Positions 31,266 through 40,917 of a stretch of 64,000 nt of DNA are shown one piece after another. Where the stretch lies: the NCBI GenBank assembly GCA_963714085.1, contig OY970229.1:100849-164848 (forward strand), written 5' to 3'. The DNA comes from an uncultured Candidatus Micrarchaeota archaeon. Its GTDB lineage: Archaea; Micrarchaeota; Micrarchaeia; Anstonellales; Bilamarchaeaceae. The notes under the pieces were generated by a model. It did not search any database. It was not told the origin of the DNA and was given only the letters and a program-made list of their open reading frames with translations. Each line of letters opens with the position of its first letter. The stretch's first letter is position 1. The translations under genes were made by a program, and so were the position numbers.

Positions 31266-32264
31266 TCAGTCCGGCTGTGTGTTATTCAATGTGACCAGTA
31301 TCGTCCTGACCGCCGTGACGTTGTTGGCGTTGTCATTGATATACAGGGTCACTTCCGAAGGCATCTGTGCGGCCCCCAGGTCGAATAGGGCAGTGCCCTT
31401 GACCTCGGCTTCGGGTTCGATGATTCCGCTCTGGAAAGTGCCGCCGTCGACAGCGTACTGGTTGTTGTTATAGTCCACTATCCTCATGTCGGAATCGAAG
31501 AGGTACGTCGGCTGGCTTCCGCGGTTCGTGACCTGCAGGTCGAGCCGGATGTACCGCTCGGTGGCCGCGGGCTGCACCTCCTGGTAATACCCTGCCCGGA
31601 CGACCGTGAAATCCAGGCCGAGGTTGGTCAGCTCCACATACCTGTTCTGGAGGACCGAGGCGTTCAGGTAGGTGTCCTCGGGCGTCAGCACATAGACCGC
31701 GCAGGCGGAGCCGTTGAGCACGTATCCGCTCGGGCAGCCGCAGGCCCCTGGGTTGTCCGTCAGCGTGCCGTTGTGGCATTGCTCGGGCTTGGTGATGCTG
31801 CACTGGCCGGAGAGCGTGCCGTCGGAGCACCTGAGCAGGCACGTGTCCTCGTAGGCATCAGAATTCGCCGGGCATCCGCACCTGCTGGCCTTCTCCACGA
31901 GATTGAGGTTGAGATCGCAGAACATGGGCTTGTCCGTGGCGCACGCGAGCTGCTTGGTCCCGTCGCTGCACGTACCGCTGGATACGTTGGCTGCCTTCAC
32001 CGGGGGGCATTCGGACGGGTTGTCCACGGTCGAATTGTCCGGGCACACGTATTTAGTCACGCTGGCGTTCTGCGCTGGCGCCTGCGGAGGACAGTTGGCC
32101 AGGTTCGTGACGATCGTCCCGTCCGGGCACGCATACGTCTGCACCGGCGCCTGGGGCTGGACCGTCTGGTTAGCCGGAGCCTGGCTTTGCATCGTGCAGC
32201 CAGAGACGAGGATCCCCATAAGGAGCAATACGCACACCACGAGGTTCGATGTTGTCGGTTTCAT
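31266..32264 (-). CDS. Cys-rich lipoprotein with DUF4352-like Ig domain
   Basis: LVSGC lipobox; CPDG/CSDGT repeats; C-terminal LQVTNRG..IVD..NQY..IEP. Confidence 0.75.
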   Translation of the reverse strand: MKPTTSNLVVCVLLLMGILVSGCTMQSQAPANQTVQPQAPVQTYACPDGTIVTNLANCPPQAPAQNASVTKYVCPDNSTVDNPSECPPVKAANVSSGTCSDGTKQLACATDKPMFCDLNLNLVEKASRCGCPANSDAYEDTCLLRCSDGTLSGQCSITKPEQCHNGTLTDNPGACGCPSGYVLNGSACAVYVLTPEDTYLNASVLQNRYVELTNLGLDFTVVRAGYYQEVQPAATERYIRLDLQVTNRGSQPTYLFDSDMRIVDYNNNQYAVDGGTFQSGIIEPEAEVKGTALFDLGAAQMPSEVTLYINDNANNVTAVRTILVTLNNTQPD

Positions 32265-32371
32265 GATACCATAAAGAAGTCAAGCGATTTAAATGTAACG
32301 TACGCCCTTTCCGGGCCCGCAGCACCGCCACTTTTTAAAACCCAACTAACCTAACCCCATAACTTAGCGAT

Positions 32372-32485
32372 GGGGTCATGGGCTAACCTGGTAGACTGAA
32401 GCCTTCGGGTGGAGCTTCTGACTTGCAAAAAAAGTCCGAGCTTCAGTAAAAGGCTTTGATCTGTGTTCAAATCACAGTGACCCCA
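32372..32485 (+). tRNA. tRNA-Pro(CGG) with a ~41-nt intron at position 37/38 (~32410-32450)
   Basis: Acceptor stem GGGGTCA/TGACCCC, anticodon stem AAGCC/GGCTT, anticodon CGG at 32406-32408, T-arm CTGTG-TTCAAAT-CACAG; TTTTAAAA box upstream. Confidence 0.88.
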
Positions 32486-32542
32486 ATTCCTATTTCTCTC
32501 CGTCCGCACCCAAAAGCTATTTTAACCAGTTTCAAGCCTAAT

Positions 32543-33766
32543 ATGCGCATGCAGCTCACCCCGAAGATATCGAAACTGAGCCCCGAGCTCATGGAAAGCT
32601 TCATCGAACTGGGCAGGAAGCTCGGCATGGAAGTCACCACCAATACGTCGATCGCGTTCTTCGAGCTGGAGGACATAGAGAACGCGAAGGTCCGCAAGCA
32701 CGCGGAGAAGCTGCTCAAGAAGGCCGAGGAGGAGGTCAACGCGCTCTCGGCCTCGAGGCTGTCCGGGATGCAGGAGGAGCGCGTGCCGGCCATGCGGCAG
32801 GACAAGCTGCGGCGGGTCCTTCCGGGAGTGCGCGAGGAGCCGGCCAGGCCGTCCAGGCAGGCCGAGATCGTGGAGGAGTCGAGGATGCGCCTGCTGCAGG
32901 GGAACAGAAAATTCGTCTCCGAGTCCGGCGCGTTCCGCGCAGCCCCGGAGCCCACGGAATACAACGCCATAGTAATAACATGCAGCGATGCGAGGTGCGA
33001 GATAACCAGGGTCGAGGACTACGGCAGCGGCATGCTGGTGCTCCAGGTCGCTGGGAACGTGGTTTGCGACGAGGTCAAGGACGCGCTCTCGAAACTCGCC
33101 AAGGGGGGCGAGATCATAGTGTGCGGCCATGAGGACTGCGGCGCGTGCAAGGCCAAGAAGGACAAGCCTGCTGCGAGCGACGGGCTGCTCGGCAGCGTGA
33201 GGATAGAGCGCAAGGGCACGGACGACATATTCGGTGCCAACGCGCTCAACCAGGCGGACATCATCGCGGCACTTCCGGAGGTCCGGGCGAAGAACGCCAA
33301 GGTCAGCACCGTCCTTCTGGACAGCAGGAGGCTCTCGCTCCTCTCCGGGGACCCCCACGGTTTCGTGGAGCAGCTGCAGACCAGCTCCATGGCGCTCATG
33401 CGCGAGGACAGGGCGGCCGGCAAGAAGCTCTCGCACCAGAGAGCGCACACGATAGTCATCGCGGACCCGCTGGACCTTGGCAGGTTCACCAATCCGCGCA
33501 GGATATTCGGCGCGGGCAAGAACGAAATCTTCGTAGTGAGCGCGGTGAATGGGAAGTTCAGCCCCGAGGCCATCGGCAGCATAGAATACGCGCTCTCCCA
33601 CGTGGAGGGCCTGAAGGATACGCCGCACATCGTGATACTGCACACGAACAAGGAGATAGCGGACGAGATGGAGAGGGTGCTCAGGAGGAAGCTAGGCACC
33701 AGGTGGCTGGGCATGACCATCATGGTGTACAATCCGAAGAGCGGCGAGGCCAACATAGCGATTTAA
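32543..33766 (+). CDS. Beta-carbonic anhydrase-like protein with N-terminal extension and a second, degenerate CA domain
   Basis: ITCSDAR, VAGNV and GHEDCGA Zn ligands; the second half has EIFVV..SIEYA..HIVILH. Confidence 0.78.
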   Translation: MRMQLTPKISKLSPELMESFIELGRKLGMEVTTNTSIAFFELEDIENAKVRKHAEKLLKKAEEEVNALSASRLSGMQEERVPAMRQDKLRRVLPGVREEPARPSRQAEIVEESRMRLLQGNRKFVSESGAFRAAPEPTEYNAIVITCSDARCEITRVEDYGSGMLVLQVAGNVVCDEVKDALSKLAKGGEIIVCGHEDCGACKAKKDKPAASDGLLGSVRIERKGTDDIFGANALNQADIIAALPEVRAKNAKVSTVLLDSRRLSLLSGDPHGFVEQLQTSSMALMREDRAAGKKLSHQRAHTIVIADPLDLGRFTNPRRIFGAGKNEIFVVSAVNGKFSPEAIGSIEYALSHVEGLKDTPHIVILHTNKEIADEMERVLRRKLGTRWLGMTIMVYNPKSGEANIAI

Positions 33767-33808
33767 ATACAGTTCGCCACGTAATATAACTATATACAAG
33801 TGATTCTT

Positions 33809-34546
33809 ATGGTCCCAAACCCGAATAGCGGACGCGCTTACGCGTTCATCAACTGCACGAAGCCCAAGAGCGACGTCGAGTGGATAGCGAACGACATAAG
33901 GGGAATGTTCGCGCAGGAGATACCGCTGCTAGAGCGCATGACCCTGAAAGTGAACCGGGGCCTCACGTTCCTGAGCGCCAGGGGGCGGATGGTCGAGGCG
34001 AAGTCCGAGCTGCTCAAGGTCGTGCGCGATGCCGAGGCCAGGTGCGCGCTGTTCACGAAGAGGGAAGAGGACGAGCTGATAAAACCCGTGCGCGCCTGTG
34101 ACCCTGCGATGGCATTGGTCGAACCCCAGGGCCCCATGGCGATAGACGCGAGGGTCTTCGCAAGCATCCGTCGCCGTGCCGCCTCAGACCTCTACGCGAT
34201 CCGCGCCTCGCTGCCGAACACGCCGAACAAGACCGTGGCCGACGAGCTAGCGGCGATAGTGAACCAGATGTACCAATCCCCGTTATACTCGGAAGGCGAG
34301 AGGTTCTGGGGGATAATAGCGTATCTCGATGAGGGATCGTTCACAGTTCCTATCAAGTCATTGATCGACGGGCCGGTGTCTGAATTCGATTCCCTCCTTC
34401 TCCGCGCCATTAACGCCGGGAAGGGAGCTGCAAACGTGGAGGAGAGGGGCGCATTCGCTGGTAAGGATGGCAGGGAGTACTCGTTCGAAAAACAAGGCGA
34501 CGATCTGATCATCTGCAAGAAGAGGGCGTACGTGCTCCGCGAGTGA
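33809..34546 (+). CDS. Hypothetical protein
   Basis: Long ORF behind a TATA-like tract at ~33783-33797. Confidence 0.7.
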   Translation: MVPNPNSGRAYAFINCTKPKSDVEWIANDIRGMFAQEIPLLERMTLKVNRGLTFLSARGRMVEAKSELLKVVRDAEARCALFTKREEDELIKPVRACDPAMALVEPQGPMAIDARVFASIRRRAASDLYAIRASLPNTPNKTVADELAAIVNQMYQSPLYSEGERFWGIIAYLDEGSFTVPIKSLIDGPVSEFDSLLLRAINAGKGAANVEERGAFAGKDGREYSFEKQGDDLIICKKRAYVLRE

Positions 34547-34578
34547 AGATTTTTAATCGCCAGCGCTGATTCTTGACC

Positions 34579-34791
34579 ATGGACAGGCCAATCCTCGGTC
34601 CCGGGACGCAGATGCGCATGGTCGGCAGGACCAACAGCATCGAAGAAGCCAATTTAATCGCCGAGCGCTACGAGGCCGAGGGCTACGAGACGCAGATAGT
34701 GAAGAAAAAGCAGGCCTCGCTTACGATATACGAGGTCTGGGCCGGGAAGAAGCCGGACGTTTTCACGGGCGCGCCGAATCAGCGTATGTAG
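34579..34791 (+). CDS. Small hypothetical protein
   Basis: 70-aa ORF with host-like codons; TTTTAA upstream. Confidence 0.65.
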   Translation: MDRPILGPGTQMRMVGRTNSIEEANLIAERYEAEGYETQIVKKKQASLTIYEVWAGKKPDVFTGAPNQRM

Positions 34792-35126
34792 GGCATCGGC
34801 ATGGGCGCCAGCTGCGGCGCGGATTCCGCCTTGCTCTTCCTCTTGCTGTATTCCTTGCCGAATTCGTCCCATATCTGTTTGCCCAGTTCCCCGCGCACGA
34901 TCTTGGTCACCACCATGCGCCTCTGGGGCGAGTTGGGCGCCAGGGGCGAATAGTCCGCGATGATGTAGTCCTTCTCCCGGATGTCCTTGGCTATCCTCCT
35001 GTCCACTTCGAGGAGGAGCAGGTTCTCGTCCCACATCTTCACCATGGCCTGGACGGACTTGTCCGCGCTGATTATGCCCTTGCCCTTGGGCAGCACTATT
35101 TTCATGACCTTGCCTATATGGAACAT
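34779..35126 (-). CDS. Hypothetical protein (MFHIGKV..MWDEN)
   Basis: Host-like codons; GAGGTG RBS; TTTAAA box at ~35161. Confidence 0.75.
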   Translation of the reverse strand: MFHIGKVMKIVLPKGKGIISADKSVQAMVKMWDENLLLLEVDRRIAKDIREKDYIIADYSPLAPNSPQRRMVVTKIVRGELGKQIWDEFGKEYSKRKSKAESAPQLAPMPMPYIR

Positions 35127-35254
35127 TCTCGCACCTCGTAGAAGAAACGGAGATAGGGTATTTAAACAAATGTCTTGCAGGAAAGAAGCTCCCCTTCTCC
35201 TCCAGCCGAAGCATTCCGCAAGCAATTTAAACCTGAAGAGGGCTAGCCATAGCG

Positions 35255-35908
35255 ATGGACCAGGACAGGATCGTGCTCGACAAGAAGGCGTTCGGCGCCC
35301 TGGCGGTCGACTCAAGGGTGAAGCTGCTCAAGGCGCTCACCTTGCGCAGGAAGATGCTGACGGAACTCGCGGCAGAGCTCAAGCTCTCCGCATCGGCCAC
35401 CAAGGAGCACCTGGACACGCTGGTGGAGGCCGGCCTGATCGAGAAATTCGACGAGGGCCACAAGTGGAAGTACTACGCGCTCACAAGGAAAGGCGCGGGC
35501 ATAGTCACGCCTGACAGGGAGATAAAGGTCTGGGTGATACTCGGCATCTCCATAATCGGGCTCATCCTCTCGTCCTTGCTCATGCTCAACTCGCTGCCCG
35601 CCAGCGCGACGATGCAAGCGCCGCAGGTCGCGACGGCAGCGGTGCCGGCTCCCGCGGCCGTAGAGGCGCCCGGGACCAATGCGCAGGCCGGGCCGAGCCT
35701 TGGGACCACTGCCATAGAGATCACCAACACGAGCGTCGGGGCGGCCGAGGCAGCTGCGAACAACGTGTCCGCGGAGGTCGTCCCAGAGGGCCTCGCGGCG
35801 CCGCTCGAAGGCAATCCGCCGTTTTCGCCCTACATGGCGCTGTCCGCGCTCTGCGCGCTCGTCGCGGCCGTGTGCGTGGTCTACCTCGTCATAGACAGGA
35901 TGCGCTGA
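35255..35908 (+). CDS. ArsR-like wHTH regulator with two TM helices
   Basis: ALAVDSRVKLLKAL..LTELA..SATKEHLDTLVEAGLIE..YYALT, followed by TM-linker-TM. Confidence 0.85.
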   Translation: MDQDRIVLDKKAFGALAVDSRVKLLKALTLRRKMLTELAAELKLSASATKEHLDTLVEAGLIEKFDEGHKWKYYALTRKGAGIVTPDREIKVWVILGISIIGLILSSLLMLNSLPASATMQAPQVATAAVPAPAAVEAPGTNAQAGPSLGTTAIEITNTSVGAAEAAANNVSAEVVPEGLAAPLEGNPPFSPYMALSALCALVAAVCVVYLVIDRMR

Positions 35909-35947
35909 AACGAATATTTTTATATGTGCGCTGCGTTAGCCCTGATT

Positions 35948-36736
35948 ATGGCGGGCGAAGATCTCTGTTGCATGGGCATATTCCTGGCAGGCATAGTGGT
36001 CTTCGTGATCATCCCCGCGTTCGTGCGGATAATCTACGACTACCAGAAGGGCCTCGTGCTGACATTGGGCAAATTCTCCGGCATGCGCAACAGCGGGGTC
36101 CAGATCATAATCCCGCTGCTCCAGAGCCTGCGCGTCGTGGACCTGCGGATACAGACCATAGACATCCCCAAGCAGGAGGTCCTCTCCAAGGACAACGTGA
36201 GCGCGTTCATAAACGCGGTCGTCTATTTCAAGATAGTGAACCCCGAGGTCGCGGTCTTCAACGTCCAGGACTACCGGGCCGCGGTGTACCAGCACAGCCA
36301 GACCGCGATAAGGGACGTGGTCGGGAGCAGGACGCTGGACCAGCTCCTCATGGACCGCAAGTCCATATCAGACTCCATCTCGACCGCGGTGGACAAGGAC
36401 GCCCAGGGCTGGGGTGTGGACATAACCGGCATCAAGATACAGGACATCGTGCTCCCTGACACCATGAAGCGCGCAATGGCCAGGCAGGCGCAGGCTGAGA
36501 GGGAGAAGCGCGCGTCCATCATAGTGGCCGAGGGAGAGAACATGGCCGCCGAGAAGCTGGCTCTCGCGGCGAAGATACTGAGCGAATCGCCGGGCGCCAT
36601 GCACCTGCGCACGCTGCAGATGGTGTCCAGCATCTCCGCGGACAAGACCAATGTGATGAACTTCGTGCTACCGATAGAAGGGGTGCAGATCCCGGACCGG
36701 CCCGAGCCGAAGGTGGAGGCCAAGCCCAAGAAGTGA
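35948..36736 (+). CDS. SPFH/stomatin-like protein 1
   Basis: DLRIQTIDIPKQEVLSKDNV and MARQAQAEREKRA. Confidence 0.93.
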   Translation: MAGEDLCCMGIFLAGIVVFVIIPAFVRIIYDYQKGLVLTLGKFSGMRNSGVQIIIPLLQSLRVVDLRIQTIDIPKQEVLSKDNVSAFINAVVYFKIVNPEVAVFNVQDYRAAVYQHSQTAIRDVVGSRTLDQLLMDRKSISDSISTAVDKDAQGWGVDITGIKIQDIVLPDTMKRAMARQAQAEREKRASIIVAEGENMAAEKLALAAKILSESPGAMHLRTLQMVSSISADKTNVMNFVLPIEGVQIPDRPEPKVEAKPKK

Positions 36737-36740
36737 TGCT

Positions 36741-37442
36741 ATGGTATTCACGATCATAAACCAGTACGAGAAGGGCGTCCGGTTCATGCTGGGCAAGTAC
36801 GACAAGGTGCTCGAGCCGGGATTCGCCTGGAACATCCCGTTCTTCCACAGCGTCCGCACGCTGGACATGCGCGTGAAAACCATTCCCATACAGCCGCAGG
36901 AGGCCATGACCAAGGACAACGTGCCGGTCAAGATCGCCGCCGTGGTCTACTACAAGATAGTGGACCCGCTCAAAGTCGTCATGGCCATCTACGACTACAA
37001 CTTCGCGATCGCGCAGTACGCCCAGACCGCGGTCCGGGACGTCATAGGCAACAACGAGCTGGACTTCGTCCTGGCCGACCGCGACAAGATAGCCGACGAG
37101 ATAGAGAAGCTCGTGGACGTGGAGACCACTGCCTGGGGGGTGGACGTGTCCGCGATAAAGCTCCAGGACATAGAGCTCCCTGAGGACATGAAGCGCGCCA
37201 TGGCCAAGCAGGCCGAAGCGGAAAGGGAGAAGCGCGCGACCATAATCCTGAGCGAGGGGGAGTTCCAGTCCGCGAACAACTACGCCGAGGCGGCGAGGAA
37301 GCTCTCCTCCATACACGGGGCGCTCCACCTGAGGACGCTCCAGACGCTCGCGACCAACGTGTCGTCCGAGGATTCGCCCACGCACCTGTGGCTGCTGCCC
37401 ACCCAGATAATGAAGTTCTTCGAGAGCTGGGGAAGGAAGTAG
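36741..37442 (+). CDS. SPFH/stomatin-like protein 2 (no N-terminal TM)
   Basis: QEAMTKDNV, MAKQAEAEREKRA and LHLRTLQ. Confidence 0.93.
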   Translation: MVFTIINQYEKGVRFMLGKYDKVLEPGFAWNIPFFHSVRTLDMRVKTIPIQPQEAMTKDNVPVKIAAVVYYKIVDPLKVVMAIYDYNFAIAQYAQTAVRDVIGNNELDFVLADRDKIADEIEKLVDVETTAWGVDVSAIKLQDIELPEDMKRAMAKQAEAEREKRATIILSEGEFQSANNYAEAARKLSSIHGALHLRTLQTLATNVSSEDSPTHLWLLPTQIMKFFESWGRK

Positions 37443-37544
37443 GTTCCTGGTTCTTCCAATTTTTTCTTCTATCCAGTCCGTTCCAATCCGGATATTGTCG
37501 CTATTTACGGTAAAAAGGTAAGGTTTAAATAGATGGAATGAGTA

Positions 37545-37973
37545 ATGAATCCGGTAATGCTCATGGCAAAAAAGACTTTAGAATACCAAAACCAGAGGAC
37601 CCGGAGGGACGGCGCGACCGTGCATTCAAGCCTGACCGGGCGGTTTTTCAAGACTGCAGACGTCCGGGTCGACTACCCCCGGAACCTTTCGGTCCATGCG
37701 GTATTGACGAAAAGCCCTCTTCACCGCGAAATGATCGCGGCCGTCGCCACGGTATCGGGCAAATCCGCGGCCAATGGAACTGCTGTGGTGGGCGAGATAC
37801 AAAAAACCAAGTGGCCGCGTTCACCAGACGGCTATCATGCTCTAGCGTATGAGATCGCCATCCCCGATATAGCCGGTAAAAAAATCAACGGCCAGGCGGT
37901 GAGACGGGCGATAATGACGGCGGTCAGCGAATTGATAGAAGCGTATCTGGAATTCGAAACGCACGCTGAATGA
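37545..37973 (+). CDS. Hypothetical protein
   Basis: 142-aa ORF behind TTTAAATA at ~37524. Confidence 0.6.
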   Translation: MNPVMLMAKKTLEYQNQRTRRDGATVHSSLTGRFFKTADVRVDYPRNLSVHAVLTKSPLHREMIAAVATVSGKSAANGTAVVGEIQKTKWPRSPDGYHALAYEIAIPDIAGKKINGQAVRRAIMTAVSELIEAYLEFETHAE

Positions 37974-38034
37974 ATCATTCAGAAAACCCCATTCTTTCAT
38001 CGGGATTAAATTGTTTTTGCATCATCATACCTAC

Positions 38035-38652
38035 ATGGATCAAGTGCGGGTCCGGCTCGTCTATCCGGGTTTCCTCTCAGAGAGGTACGTGAGGGCCGCC
38101 CAGGAGGGGCTCCGGTCATTCGAGAAATTCGGCGCCCTGGTGGAAAACAGGTGCGCGATGGATGGGGCCGCGTTCAGGGGGCTCAGATACCCGGGCCTGG
38201 TGCGCAGGATAGCACTGGCGGAGCACGACATACATTTCAGCCGCCTGAAGAGGCCGCATGACCATCCCTGGAACGCCTTCGGTATCGCGATCACGCCCCA
38301 TTTCCTGTTACTGTCAGACGACACCATGGACAGGTTCTCCGGATTCGCAGGATACCAGACGCTGGGGGTCGTTTCGCTCGCAGTGCCGCTGCGGCTCGAG
38401 GAGCCGGGCCCTGCCATCACCGCCATGGTCAAGTGCCAGGCGGGCAGGCTGCTGATCCCGTTGCCGGACGAAAAAGAACCTCCTGGGCCCGACAACAAAC
38501 CTGCGGGCTGCCATGATGATTGCCTGATGCAGCCAATCGGCGGTTTTTTCGATTTCGTAGACCGGGTCGTGGCCCGCGACCTGGATTTCTGCGAAGCGTG
38601 CAAAGGCGCCATAAGCAGGACGATAGTGCGGCTGAGCCATGGCATGAACTGA
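38035..38652 (+). CDS. Archaemetzincin-like protein lacking HExxH
   Basis: GIAIT..FAG..GVVS and the C-terminal C..DCLM..LDFCEAC cysteine cluster of family M54; no HExxH motif. Confidence 0.55.
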   Translation: MDQVRVRLVYPGFLSERYVRAAQEGLRSFEKFGALVENRCAMDGAAFRGLRYPGLVRRIALAEHDIHFSRLKRPHDHPWNAFGIAITPHFLLLSDDTMDRFSGFAGYQTLGVVSLAVPLRLEEPGPAITAMVKCQAGRLLIPLPDEKEPPGPDNKPAGCHDDCLMQPIGGFFDFVDRVVARDLDFCEACKGAISRTIVRLSHGMN

Positions 38653-38658
38653 TTTCCG

Positions 38659-39633
38659 CTAGGCCCTCAGGTACATCGCGAGCATCACTACGGCGACGAG
38701 CGCCTCGAGCCCCATGAAGAAGAACACCAGGTTGCGCTCGGTTATGCCGTTGAACGCCTTCATGACGAGCTGGCAGAAGCCGCGGACCTTGCCTTCGAGC
38801 GGGTAGAGCTTCCCGTCACGGTATTCGCCCCACCACTTGCTCGAGGGGAACCGGTTGTACGCCTTGATGAAGAAGTCGATGACATACGGGATCATGAGTA
38901 TGGCGCCCGCGGTGTCGAAGTTCCCGATTATCACGGCGGCCGCGAGCGCCGCGCCTATCGTGAGGTTGCCCACGTCGCCTGGGAACACGCTGGAGGGGTT
39001 CTTGTTGAACACCATGAACGCGGCCAGGGCCGCCATCATGGATATTGATATGAGCGCCATGTCGGTCGAGCCGTGCGCCACTGCGAGTATGGTCATTGCC
39101 CCGAATACCACGATGCCCATGCCGGCCTCCAGGCCGTTGAAACCTGCGAGCATGTTCGTGAGGTTGGACGCGACCGCCACGCCGACCGGTATGAGCACCA
39201 GGATGTAGAAGACGCCGAAATTCACCACCCCGATGAGCGGGATGAGCAGCGTGGTCTTTCCCGTGGCCTTTACCGCGACCAGCGGGATGGCGGCGAACAG
39301 CGGGAGGAACGCCTTGTACTTCTGGGGTATGTCTATGAGGTCGTCCACCACGCCTATGAACGCGACCGAGTGTATCGTTATGAGAGCGGCGAGGAGCTTG
39401 ATAAGGTCGAACTGGAAACCGAGGAAGGTGTTGAAGCATATGGCGAGCAGGATGCCGCCCGTGAACCCGGCGACTATCGATATGCCGCCCATCTCAGCCA
39501 CTTCCGGCCTGTCAGGCTTGTTCACGTCCCTGCCAGTGATGCCGAAGCGTTTCAGGCGCGGTATCAGGAAGTGCGAGAGCACGAGCGTGGCGAGGAAGGA
39601 TACGACGGCGATGGCGAGGTAGTATAGGAGCAT
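38659..39633 (-). CDS. aglH: UDP-GlcNAc:dolichyl-phosphate GlcNAc-1-P transferase (GT4/MraY-like)
   Basis: GRDVNK..EMGG, GVVDD, NLTNMLAGFNGLEAG and VFPGDVG. Confidence 0.9.
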   Translation of the reverse strand: MLLYYLAIAVVSFLATLVLSHFLIPRLKRFGITGRDVNKPDRPEVAEMGGISIVAGFTGGILLAICFNTFLGFQFDLIKLLAALITIHSVAFIGVVDDLIDIPQKYKAFLPLFAAIPLVAVKATGKTTLLIPLIGVVNFGVFYILVLIPVGVAVASNLTNMLAGFNGLEAGMGIVVFGAMTILAVAHGSTDMALISISMMAALAAFMVFNKNPSSVFPGDVGNLTIGAALAAAVIIGNFDTAGAILMIPYVIDFFIKAYNRFPSSKWWGEYRDGKLYPLEGKVRGFCQLVMKAFNGITERNLVFFFMGLEALVAVVMLAMYLRA

Positions 39634-39637
39634 CGGA

Positions 39638-40894
39638 TCACTTCTTCGAGCGTATCCCCTCAAGGACCTCCTTGGCGAAGTCCGAGCCGAAGTTCTTCTT
39701 CTCAGCGAGCTCCGCGGCGACCGCGTCTATCTCCTGGGGGGTCTGCGCCCCGGCTATCACCGCGACGTTCTTCGCATGGAGCTTCATGTGGCCGGCCTGT
39801 ATGCCGACGCTGCTCAATGCGGCCAGCGCGGCGAAGTTGTTCGCGAGGCCGACGCACGCGCACGCCATGGCCAGTTCCTTGGACGTCTTTATCCCGGCTA
39901 TCTTGAGCGCGATCCTGGCTGTCGGGCTGGAGTTCACCGCGCCTCCGACCGTGGCGACCGCCATCGGCAATTCGATGCTTCCGAGCAGGTCGCCCTTCTC
40001 CGTCGCCTCGTAGCGCGTCAGCGGATGGTACTCGCCCATGGACGCGTAGGCGTGCGCCCCGGCCTCCACGGCGCGCCAGTCGTTGCCGGTCGCGAGCACG
40101 ACCGCGTCTATCCCGTTCATCACGCCCTTGTTGTGGGTCGCGCAGCGGTAGATGTCGGCTTTCGCGAGCTCGTAGCCGTCCAGGATGCCCTCGACGACCT
40201 TGTCGCCGATGACGCCCTTCTTCCAGACCGCGGACGCGCGGACCTTGCGCTTCACCGCGAGGTTCGTGATTATGCGCAGGCACACCCTGCCGTTCGTGAG
40301 CGTCGCGAGGGTCGGGGCCACGCCCTCGAGAGTGGTGTTCACCATGTTCGCGCCCATCGCGTCGCTCACGTTTATGTCGAACTCCACGAGCAGCATCTTC
40401 CCCCTCCGGGTCTCGAGCGCCCTCTCGCGGAAGCCGAGCACCTTGCCTCCCCACCTCTCGTGGGGCTTCATGTACTCGGCGGCTATCTTGATTATCTCGT
40501 GCCTGTTCGTGTCCAGGTTCCTGATCGCCAGGTCCATGTCAGGCACGTCCATGAGCTGCACCTGGCCTGTCATCACCGGCTCCTCGGCCTCTGCCTTGAA
40601 CCCCTCGGGCAGGCAGAGCTTGGCCGCCCTGCACGCCGCTGCTATCACCGAGGGCTCCTCCAGAGCCATGGGGATGACCAAAGACTTGCCGTTTATCTTG
40701 AAATTAGTAGCCATGCCGAGCGGCAGGTGGACCGCGCCTATCACGTTCTCCACCATCCGGTCCGCTAATTCCGGCTTGAGCGCGCCCATGTCGCTGAGCG
40801 CTGCCATCTCCTCGTCCGAGACGCCGGAATTCTCCTTTATCAGCTTCCGCCTCTCCGGAATAGTGAGCTTGTAAAAGCCTGAAAAGTCAGCCAT
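39638..40894 (-). CDS. mvaA: HMG-CoA reductase, class II
   Basis: ENVIG, EEPSVIAA, DAMGANMVN, ATHNKGVMNG, GNDWRA and GIQAGHMKLH. Confidence 0.95.
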   Translation of the reverse strand: MADFSGFYKLTIPERRKLIKENSGVSDEEMAALSDMGALKPELADRMVENVIGAVHLPLGMATNFKINGKSLVIPMALEEPSVIAAACRAAKLCLPEGFKAEAEEPVMTGQVQLMDVPDMDLAIRNLDTNRHEIIKIAAEYMKPHERWGGKVLGFRERALETRRGKMLLVEFDINVSDAMGANMVNTTLEGVAPTLATLTNGRVCLRIITNLAVKRKVRASAVWKKGVIGDKVVEGILDGYELAKADIYRCATHNKGVMNGIDAVVLATGNDWRAVEAGAHAYASMGEYHPLTRYEATEKGDLLGSIELPMAVATVGGAVNSSPTARIALKIAGIKTSKELAMACACVGLANNFAALAALSSVGIQAGHMKLHAKNVAVIAGAQTPQEIDAVAAELAEKKNFGSDFAKEVLEGIRSKK

Positions 40895-40917
40895 GGTGCG
40901 ATTCATCTCCAAAGAAG

